From positions 434,001-498,000 of the forward strand of contig CM074805.1 of the NCBI GenBank assembly GCA_037447605.1: 64,000 nt of DNA. The letters run 5' to 3'. Source of the DNA: Zygnema circumcarinatum SAG 698-1b. Its lineage: Eukaryota; Plantae; Zygnematophyceae. The position numbers were made by a program, and so were the translations under genes. This document shows positions 36,641 to 46,881 of this stretch, in pieces. The stretch's first letter is position 1, and every line of letters begins with the position of its first letter. The notes under the pieces were generated by a model. The model had not been told where the DNA came from and made no database searches. It worked only from the letters and a program-made list of their open reading frames with translations.

Positions 36641-38086
36641 ATGGACGCTCCCGCTCCTATGGAGATAGGTTACACTAGTAAGCCTTTACCAGAGCTCCCG
36701 CCTGGCACCAACATTAATCATACTTTTCCGCATTCAAAAGCCATCGATGGCGCAAAAGGAGGAGAGAATGTTGCAGAAATTATTAAGCCGCAGTTTGGAC
36801 GCCTTTCGGCGCGGGAGATGAATAAAAACAAGGTGGAATTTAGGAAAGTGTTTGTTCCATCACATCGATATACGCCTCTGAAGGAGCATTGGATGGAGCT
36901 TTACACTCCAATTACGGAGCAGATGAAGATAGACGTTCGGATGAACCTTAAGGTGTGAATACTTTCCTGCATCTTTATCTTTTCCTGTGCTTGCGCACGA
37001 GCTGTTACTGGGCTTCTTTTACCCTGCCATGTTTCTGAAGTGAAAGAGGAGAAGTTGGCGGAAAGTTAATGTATTGTTTAAAATTATTGAAATGACACAA
37101 GCAATTGGGTGCGTGAATGACATGTTTCAAAGTTGCATTTGAACCGTTTGATTAACTTTTGTAGTTTGCTTTTCGAGGTTGAGTTTGTTTGACGTATGGA
37201 AAAGTTCCGGCTTCCTGTGTGAATGTGAAGCTTTAAATTGGAGAAACGATCTTTACAGTATGGTGTCAGTAGCCTCACCCTGGCAAGTCTCAGATCCTGA
37301 AAGTTTCAGATATCTCAGAAAGGCTGTATTTGTTCAATCAAGGTCATTTTGCACGCCGTCTGTCTCCCTATTAGCCATCTTTGTCATTAAACTCCCACCG
37401 TTCAACTGATTCTGGAAGCCTTCCGTGCCGCTGTTCCATGTGCAGAATCGGAAGGTGGAACTGAAGACCCGGAGAGACACGCCGGACGCTTTGGGGCTGC
37501 AGAAGTCGGCAGATTTTGTGACTGCTTATCTCCTTGGATTTGATATCGCCGACGCTATTGCTCTTTTGCGGCTGGACGATTTGTATGTCGAATCGTTCGA
37601 AATTAAGGTGAGCCCAGCCCTGTGCAGAGAGAGGGAGAGAGAGAGAGTGAGAGAGAGTGGGGGGGGGAGAGAGAGAGAGAGAGACGAGGGGGGACGAGAG
37701 AGGGAGAGAAAAACTCCCCATGATGGGATTTTTCCTCCATTTCCATACTGATATTTTTGAGTATTCTACCACTTTTTGTGGGCGGGATAGACCCTGAAAA
37801 GACCATTTTTTCTTATTGAGAGTGCAGGATGTAAAGACACTGCGTGGGGAGCATCTCTCTCGCGCCATTGGTCGGTTGTCCGGTAAAGGGGGGAAGACGA
37901 AGTTCACTATTGAGAATGCGACAAGGACACGTATTGTGATTGCCGACACTAAGATTCACATTTTGGGATCATTTGGAAATATTAAAATTGCGAGGGACGC
38001 GTTGTGTAGTCTCATTCTTGGATCGCCCGCCGGAAAAGTCCACTCTAAGCTGAGAACTGTTGCAGCGCGCCTCACTGAGCGGCACT

Positions 38087-38088
<2 letters not shown>
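36641..38088 (+). CDS. PNO1: RNA-binding KH-domain 40S biogenesis factor PNO1/DIM2, 3 exons (36641-36952, 37446-37607, 37828-38088)
   Basis: [76 protein letters not shown]; all phase-0 GT-AG junctions. Confidence 0.97.
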
Positions 38089-38120
<32 letters not shown>

Positions 38121-38869
38121 GGGGAGAGAGAGAAGAGAGAGTGAGTGGGAGGGAGAGTGAGAAAGAGAGAGGGGTGGTAAGATTGCGACTAATGTTTTCG
38201 AGAGCCCTTGTGGAAAAGAAATGGAATAAGAAGGTTAACGTTGGCGGTGGATGACGGATCCACCAAGATCGGATCAACTTGGGTCAGTAGTGGGTTGTTG
38301 ATTCAAGACCCACGTTTTGGTTGCACCTCCCCTTTTTTTTTGTTTGAAGTTTTCAGTACATGTCGGATTGCGCCGGCTTGTCGTCAACTGTGATGGATCC
38401 AAACAAGCCAAAACGCTTGAAACGGAACAATGCATTCCACATAGAAACAGACTTCATTCACCAAAAAGAAAATTTGAATGTGGGAGGAGAATCAGCAGAG
38501 ACAAGGCGTCCCGGCTTTGTTTTCCCAAAGCAGATATTCATGTGTACAAGTTGTTGAGATACGGAACTGTTGTACGAAAATGATTGTACGAAATCGTACG
38601 GACAGAGTGCTAGCAAGGAGTTGTGAATCCCAAGACCTTTGATCGCAGGGACTACAATGTTGGTTGATCATGTTGCTTTTGGCGGTTGGGTTTTAGGAAT
38701 GACTGGCATAAAGCTCACAGCACTCTGAGACTTTGAATAACCGGAGCCTTGAGGGAAAAGGATAGGATGCTTATGCTCCAAGTCTGTTCTGGAATAAAGA
38801 TCTTTTGGGATAATATTGTTGTGTATGTAATGCTGACCTGAAGTGTTGAACGATTGAAGTTGCCTAACA

Positions 38870-39626
38870 TGTCTAAGAAAGGGAAGTCCTCCAAAGATGA
38901 AACAGAAGAAGCTGTGAAGGAAGAAAGACTCAGTCCAACACAAGTAAAGCCCTGTGTTGTGCCTCCTACTTTGAACCCAAGCCTTCCCTCCTCTTTGGCC
39001 CATCATCATCTCCAGCAGAAGCATACTCCCAGACCCACCTCTGAGTTGAAGTTTTTACAGAAGGTCTGAGAGAGGCCTCACTGGGGCGTCTCCACACGCA
39101 GAGGACGAGGCTGCACTGACGTCAGGGAGCGTCAGAAAGTTTCAAACTTTAACTTAAGAGCCAGAAACGAGTTTGTCAAAACCGCCCGTTTGGAAGGAAG
39201 AGCCTGACGGCGGCCATGGCGGCCCTTGGGAAGGAGGGCGACCCCCCAAGGGGCGCCATGGCCGCCTGGCGTCCCTGTGCAGGCGTCACCCACCCCTCCG
39301 CTTTACGGGAGAATCGGGAGAGACGAGGGATACGTCAGCGAGGAGTTTCATGCTCTTTGAATGCCGGCATTTCTTGCAGACCGAGCATCAGTCTTAGAGC
39401 TAGGGTTAGGGTTAGGGTAGTGATTAGGGTTAGGGTTTGTTGAAGGGTGGAGTGGATGGAGAGCCATACGCATACGCGCAGGAGGGCTCCACCGGGGCCG
39501 CGGTACACCGCTCTGCACAATTATGTGGAATATGCGCGGCAGCAGGCGAAGCAGGAGCAGCCATGGCAGAAGGTTCGAGCGGCCATGAAGCGCTTTTGGA
39601 AGACGATGATTCGGAAGCTAACTTGA
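38870..39626 (+). CDS. Putative small multi-exon gene of unknown function (structure uncertain)
   Basis: MSKKGKSSKDETEE...PTQ|GTAAAG first segment. A terminal exon after cgcag| at 39482 reads RAPPGPRYTALHNYVEYARQQAKQEQPWQKVRAAMKRFWKTMIRKLT*. The middle joins are not resolved. Confidence 0.35.
39209..39266. other. GC-rich hairpin, 22-bp stem with one mismatch
   Basis: GGCGGCCATGGCG-GCCCTTGGG / CCCAAGGGG-CGCCATGGCCGCC around a 14-nt loop. Confidence 0.85.
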
Positions 39627-40307
39627 ATGGTCTTCAATTCATTTCTTCAAATTTGCGGGTGTTTGGAGAAGCCTGGCGTGGCCGCTCAGCATGCAGCCCG
39701 CTGCTTCCGATCGGTCTGGAAGCTTGTTAATAAACGTAAAAGCTTATAAATTGTCAATGTAGCACTTACTATGTGCAGGCTCCTTGAAGGAGCAGGGACC
39801 AGATTCCAGAAGGGATCGAGATGAGCAAACAATATAATAGGTTGTTCTTTAAGCTGGATGGGTTTTCATGTCATTTTTTTTTTACAACTTTAAATTGGCG
39901 GAAACCGAGAAGCGCATGTCCAATTATTTATTATGGGCTGCCTCAGGGGCGTTGGTTTACTGAAAGTATAAGATGTAACTTCTTATGATAAGTTAAGCAT
40001 CTACTACGAGCTCGTAAGCGTTCCATGCTGGGAACGTTACTGTTCACATGTATCCCATCAAATCATGTCTTCTCTATTACATGGACTCGGCGCTCCCTCA
40101 CTCTACCCCTGGATGAAACCCTAAGTTGCTCCAAAAATCTGACTTCAATTGAAGTCAAACAACAAGTACTGCTCACGACTTAAGAATGGCTGCTTGATAA
40201 TCATTATATTTGACACCTGCTACAAGTCTTGACACAGCTCAGACAAACCAAACCCCAAAACCCTAAAAACCCTAAAAACCCTCTGAAGCACATCAGAAAG
40301 CAATTGG

Positions 40308-42340
40308 CTACAATGCAGCGCAATGGTTCTTTCCGCTCCCCTCCCTCCGCCGGCACACTTCCAAAAGCTTTGGAAGCACTTCTCCCGCTCTCCCCTCCAA
40401 GGCCACATCCGCCATTCGAAGAATCTCGGGGTCCACATCAACCATCACAATTCGACCCCCTCGTAGCCGACATATCTCTGTCAATGTATTCGCTGGTGAC
40501 ACCTGTCATACAGCAATGAAGTCAACGGAAAAACACTCATTCGCCGCATTCTCAGCATCTCGTCAGCAGACGAGAATAGCCAACTCTGAAGAAAAAACAG
40601 CCGCAAACAACTCCCATAAAGCTTGCGTGTAAAATGATCACAACCAGAAGCCATTTCCTGCATGCAACCTGCCTGCCAATCTTCCACAAACTGAGCTCTA
40701 AACCTTTGCTCTTTAGGGTTGCAGAGAATTCGCATACCTTGAGAGAAGTGCCCACCACGAGCATCACATCCGCCTTCCTGGCAGCTTCCACCGCAGCATG
40801 CATGGCCTCATGGGGCAGCGGTTGGCCGAACATGACCACATCCATTTTCATCACTCCGCCGCAGATGGCACATAGAGGGACTTTAACTCCCTGCCCTGCG
40901 CCTCCATTGTTGACTTTATTGAGATCACCGACTTCGTTGACCCCTTTGACTTGAATGATAACTTTGTACACATCTACATCCTGACGTTTCGCCAGTGATG
41001 ACGCTTCTACCACCTCCTTATAGGGACATAGTACTGACCAAATGGCTATATTGTAATTGCAAAGGGAGACCCAAATTCCGTCCAAAAGCTGTTCTCCATA
41101 CCTGAGCAAGCTGTCCTGCCAGGTGGCACGTTTCTATTTGCTGCTTGCATGCCTGACAGGTGGCAGTCCTGCTGCTCCCATGCACCTCATGCACAATCCT
41201 GCTTCCTGCTGCCTGGGCCAATCGCCCCCCACAATTCCGCCCCCTTTGAATTCCCTCCAGCCTTACTGCGTGGGCAAAACAGTTCAACATACAGAAAAAG
41301 GGGAAAGCGAGCGAGAGAGAGAAATAGGGAGAGGGAGAGAGCGAGAGAGCAGCACCTGGTGCAAGCCGTCGGTATTCTGGGTCACGATCACGCTGAGTTT
41401 CCCCATTTTCTCAAGTTCTGCAAGAGCAATGTGACCCGGATTCGGGGCGGCATCCTGCATGAGGTCATGCATCTCCCGGGCCATTTCCCAGAATAGCTCG
41501 GGCCTGCGGGAGAGAGAGACACACGCAAAGAGAGAGCGAGAAGAAAGAAAAGGGGAATGACACTTCAAAAAAAAAAGAGGAAACGAGAATGCCACATAAT
41601 TGACAAAACCCTACTACAGTAGCAATTGTCGGTATGCCTGACTTTAAATATGTACATTGTGAGAGAGAGCCAGAGAAGACCTTTTCGCTAATAGGGTAAA
41701 CGCGAATCCCAACAGGGGTGCTGCAGTTTTCTGGGTTTCCAGGGCTGGAGATCAGAAAGAGTAGTCCTAATTAAAAATGCTGCCGTCCTGGTGCATGGGA
41801 GGAATCAGCCAGGCTAAAGGGATGTAAACGGAGTCAATAAGAGCTTACTGAGAGCGGAACACCTCATCGTTGCAATAGATGAGAGGGTCGTACTTCTCCC
41901 ACAGTCCAAGCCGGCTTCGAAAGTCGGGAATCCCTGTGGTGAAAAGCATTCCTCAAGGTGCCATCACTCAGAAGCCGCTCTTCATGTACCCCAGAGTGCA
42001 TGCATTCCTGAATGCAGGAATGCATAATGCCATCCGCATGCACAGGAATGAGATAACTCTCCATCCGGACTTTCCACCGTTCTGATGCGCGCATTCGCAT
42101 GGAAATAGCACCTGGTGTGCGTGATGCCATGATGCATACCCTCGTCATAGACATGCCATGACAGTCCCACCATGGCCCATGCATGGCCATGGCTCCCTCA
42201 CCAGACTCCACCGACATCCCCGCGCCCGTGAACGCCACCGCCACGCCGCCCGCCATGACTTCGGCCGCCTCCTCCAGCGCCGCCTCGAGGCTGAGAACGC
42301 GCTCGCTCTCGAAGAGGTCCCGGAAGTGGAACTGCTCCAT
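40308..42340 (-). CDS. NAD-dependent deacylase, Sir2 family, prokaryote-like (neither SRT1 nor SRT2 type), at least 6 exons
   Basis: TGAGMSVESGIPDFRS, PNPGHIALAELEK, TQNTDGLHQ, EVHGS, CQAC...CAIC, DVVMFGQPLP, VVGTSLKVSPAN, EGRAGEVLPKL. Exons 42340-42202 and 41933-41849 were checked for frame. Confidence 0.93.
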
Positions 42341-43179
42341 GCGAAGCCGCAGACCCTCCCGCTGCGGCAGACATGGAAACCCTAACGCAGCTCTGAAAGG
42401 ATGCAGGTCTTCTCGCATTCTCCTGCCGCATGCATCTCCATCTCCATCGCTATGGCCTGCTCGGCTTCAAAAGCCTGAAAGCACAAGAGACGGAGGTCGA
42501 TTGCAGCACTGTTACTTTAGAGTTAGGCTTGGGGCCATGGCCATTGGGGGGGGGCATTGGAGTTGTGACATGCATGCCATGCCATCCATGTATGACATGT
42601 CATCCATAATATCCATGAATGTCATGTCATGTGCCATGCACGACATGTCATGCATGACAGCCATGAATGTGGATGTCAGACCTAGACGAAAAATCAGAAA
42701 AAAGGCTCCCCTAAAAGGTGGTCGAAAACCCGTTATTTGCGGATGGTGAAAACCGAGAAACCGGAATTCCCCGCCGTACTCCAGTACGGCAACTGCCGCC
42801 ACGGCCGGCAGGGCCGCCACGTGTCGTCCTCCACGAGCTCGCTCAAATTCTGCATTACCCACCGACCTACGAAAAGTCAAAATCTCTAGAACCCTCCCCT
42901 GCTAGGCCGCCACGTGGAGAGTAAATACTTTCTGGATCTGCGCCACGTGGAGATCTCGCTAACTGTCAGAATCCGTTGCCTCAAACTTATGGCATAACGA
43001 CAAAGATTTTGTACACAGTTTTGTCGCTCAGTGCGGGCCATCCGATGCCTGGTACGAAACCGACACGCTGAGCGCTCCTGGCCGCGGGCCCTGCAGTGTC
43101 ACACTCAATGACGTCACAAACATGAACGCGTGTACGAACATACGTCACCTTATGTTTTACCAATTAGGTTGAACACATA

Positions 43180-43469
43180 AGATATTGTTTTTTTTAGCTT
43201 TTCAAAAAATAGACTTTCAATACCTCCATTCCAAAAAAGACAGTTTCTGGTTTAAACTGTTTTCTTTTGAGAAACCAACAAGTCCTTGTTCATTGCGAAT
43301 CCAGTTCAACATTGAACAATTAATTACTGTACTCCTATCTCTTTTTCTCTCTCTCTCCGATCCGCCTCTTCAAACGTTCAATTGAAACTTTTCTTGTGTG
43401 TTTTTCCAATTGAAAATTGAACAATTAAGCAAAAAAATGTTCGATTTCTCAATTTAATTCGTAGTAGGG
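43180..43469. mobile_element. Partial copy of the MITE-like element at 56568-57088
   Basis: Shares gtttctggttt...gtccttgttca..tgcgaatcca...aacattgaa.aatt and the right terminus ttaat..gtagtaggg; no left TIR found. Confidence 0.55.
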
Positions 43470-43742
43470 TACTACTGTTCCTCGGTCTCCGCGCGTGACA
43501 GGACGTAACGTGACATTCGAGATTCCCAGTCTCCATGATCACTCCGCAGACGTCCCTCTCCCTCTGCCTCTCTCACACTCCCTCTCCCCTTCTCTCTCCC
43601 TTCTCTCTCTCCTCCTCCCTCTCCCTCTCCATCTGCGTGAAAACCCTCATCGAATTTCATGTGTCAGCGATGAGGCGGCTTCCTCTGCAGAGTGCCGAGG
43701 GGGCCCACCTTTAGGGCTCGTCCCCAGACTGCAGCGTTCAGG

Positions 43743-45910
43743 ATGGAGGCGCACATGTACACACGTGTCACGGTGGGCGGCCTCGCTCTCCGCCCCTCCT
43801 CCACTGGCAGCCCCTCCGCGCATTCAAAGTACCCGGACCCCAAGCAATTCCCTGCCTGCTTCTGCAAGATACGCCTCCCGGGGGCCAAAGTCCCCGTTCA
43901 GCGCGCCCCTGTTCACATCCTATCCGGCTCGGATGCGGCTGCCGACTCCATGGCAACGGCCGCCACTCTGTACTTCAGTCAGGAGGATCTTGGCCTCTCC
44001 CCGGGCAGGGAAGGAGGGTTTGGGCTTCCAAGGAGGCGGCACCTTGACATCATGGTGTACTTCTGTGAGCAGACGCGCTGCTTCAGCCGCCGGAAGGCCA
44101 AAGTGTTGGGCTCCGTTAGGATACCAATCACTTCTGACTGGTCGAAGGGCTCTCCTAACCTGCCGGTACTGCAGCCCTCGCTCACTCTCTCTCTCTCTCT
44201 CTCGCTGTTGCTCTCTCTCTCTGTCTTTCTATCTCTCTCTCTCATTATGCGCCTCAATTTCCGCCCCCTCTCCCTCCCTTGCGCCCCTCTCTCCCTCGCA
44301 TTGAATACCGGAAAAGCTACCAAAACACTCTCATTCCCTCTCGCCCTCTTTTACCCCTCCCCCCACTCCCCCCCATTCGCTGCCGGAAAAACCCTACGAA
44401 CTGTTGCAGCCTTCTTCCCCCTTTCCACCCCCCCCATATCTCTCTGTCTTTCCTCGGGTTCGAACGAGAAAACCAAATTCCGAAAGGGCCCCCCCTCCCT
44501 CTTCCTCTCTCTCTCTCTCTCTCGCCCCCTCTCTCCCTACAGAAATACCCCAACAATTAGGTCAATCTTGCCATCTGCTGATGCTCCTTCTCCCTCCCCG
44601 CGAGCGCTCGGCCTGCTGCAGACCAGCGGGCAGTGGGTCGAGTTTGGACGGTCAGGATTTGAGCTTCACATCTCAATCTCGGTGGAGGCTGCTCCCCGCG
44701 CCCTCTTTGAAGTGGAGAGGCAGAGCTCCCTCAACCGGCAGGCCGTACACGTGGAGGGCCGTCTCCGGCAGCCCGTCTTCAGCTGCCAAGTGCATTCTGA
44801 GGAGCCCTCCCATCGAAGGACCTGGTATGTCTCCGTCGATTGGCCGGGGCTATTTTTGGGGATTTTTAAGGGGCATTTTTGGGTTGTTTTAGGGGTACTT
44901 TTGGAGGTTTTTTGGAGGCTGGTTTGGAGGGGGAGGGGTGATGGAAGGGCGAACGGTGTGACGTTGAGTGACGCTATGGATGTCAAATGTGGGAGTGAAG
45001 GTCGGGATCGTCCTTGAGCCCGTGGGAGAGCAGCTCCTCCGACAGCTCCTACAGAAGGGAGGGAGGAGGGAGGAGTTGGAGCTTCGGCGTGTACGATATA
45101 TCGGGGCTATGTGTGGCTGCAGCAGCCATGGCTACTCCCTTTCTGCAGCTCTCAGGGAGTAGAGGAGGAAGGGGAAGCGAGAGAGCCATTCCGGGAGCTT
45201 GGGTCATAATGAAGGCGGAATGCCCAGGTGAGGATGAGGGCTAAAATTTTCAGCTTCATTTTTAACTTGTTTCATGTATACTTTCTTTCTGTTTTTTCTT
45301 TTTTCTACTTGATTGATTTATCTTTATTATGCTGGTTGTGGGTGAGGGCGAAGCAGGTGGAACACTGAAGCCGTGGGGGCGACTGGAGGGATGGAGGGAG
45401 CCCGGAAAAATGTCAATGGGGTTTGGTTTTCAGCTTTTGGGGGGCGGGGACGCACTCTCCTCGAATAGCATGATAGGGGAAGTGGCATGCAGGGCCTCTA
45501 TGAACCTAAGGAAGGGAGGAGAGCTCAGCCTCTATACAGTTCCATTGAAGAGTCGAGCGGAGAGGGATAGAAGAGGGGACTCAGACTCTGTGGCATGGAA
45601 CGTCGAGAGCCATAACTGGGAAGCCGAGGTGGGAGGGGCGGCGGGAAGGAGTGGGAGGGAGGGAGGGAGAGAGGAGGCCTTTGTTGTGAAGTTGACTGTT
45701 GAGAGAGGGAGTGGGAGCGGTAGGACGGCGGTAGAGGTGGGGAGGTGCTGCCTGAGGAGACTGAGCGATGCGGCGGTGTATGTGGCTTTGGGAGTGGCAG
45801 TGGAGCTCAGTGTGGAGGCTTGTCAGGGGAGCAGCTCCCTCATGAGGCAGGTCATGAGGGAGACCGACATGGGGGCGAGGTGGGTGAGAGAGAGGCGCCC
45901 GAGTATATGA
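43743..45910 (+). CDS. DUF1005 family protein (C2-like N-terminus), about 4 exons
   Basis: TRVTVGGLALR, CFCKIRL, QPVFSC, WSFGVYDISG...AMATPF, PGAWVI, KPWGRLEGWRE, DAAVYVALGVAVELSVEAC match the DUF1005 motif order. Confidence 0.9.
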
Positions 45911-46881
45911 TGGGAGTGAGCGATAGAGGAGGAGGGAGAGGGAGGGCGGGAGGGAGAAAAAGGGAGTGAGAGAGAGGGGGTAGTGAGCTGTTGTTATTGT
46001 TGTTGTTGTTGTGTATGTAAGGTGGTAGGAGGAGGCGCTGGTGTAGGATGAGTTAACACTCAATGTGTTCAAAAAAAAAGAATAACACTCATTCGTTTCC
46101 GTTCGTTCCACAACGGAGCATTGAGCGGTGATCCATAGGAGGTGAGGTAGCAAGGAAGGCAGATTTGGCGCAGTGAATTTTGGGAAATAACGACTGAGCG
46201 AGAGCGATTTTTTTTGGGGGAAGAAACGTTATCGCACAAAGTACAGAAGACACAATAAGTGCGGCGCTCGGACGTTTTGTAGCATAGGACGGAGGCAGCT
46301 CGCAGGGGGGGTGGCTGGAGAAGCTGATGCCTCCACCCATAGCAGAGACAGTTCCGTTCCACTTCCTGTAAACCATCAATTCTTTCAAAGCTTTCCCGCA
46401 GCTCCTCGCTGCGGTTCCCTGATTGTACAAAAATGTGATTTTTTTTTTTTTGTGCGCGTCCAATTTTGGTCAACGGTTCTTCTTTTCCTGGATTCTTTTT
46501 TCACACACTAGGAGTTAACGGCAGAAAAGTCCACCTTAGGCATGGGTTATGAGGTTACGAAGGAAGCCTAGAACCGTCGCTTCCAACGGATGACACAAAT
46601 TTACGGAGGGAATATGATAACTTTAATTGGAGGTCAGAAAGTGGGTGCTCACAAACAGCTTTCTCTACAAAGCTAAGTGCGCCACCATAATTTCAATCAA
46701 GAGTTGACTAGGTTTGACTACTGGACTTCATCTTCCCTCTCCTGACTGAACCTTTCCTTCCACCAACAAATCTCCCCAAAGGACTACTTCTCCCCGTTCC
46801 GCCTTGAACGTAGTAGGCCTCAAAATAACAGCATGGAAAGGAGAGGGGGGGAGAAACCAGTACAGTTACAGTTTCTGTTTA

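Noticed and set aside
39400-39440. CCCTAA run as a telomerase RNA template
   Set aside because: Multiple degenerate repeats rather than a 1.5-unit template, and no USE/TATA Pol III promoter was seen.
29050-44465. Scattered GGTTCGA motifs checked as tRNA T-loops
   Set aside because: None has flanking cloverleaf stems or an A-box; no tRNA, rRNA or snRNA could be supported.
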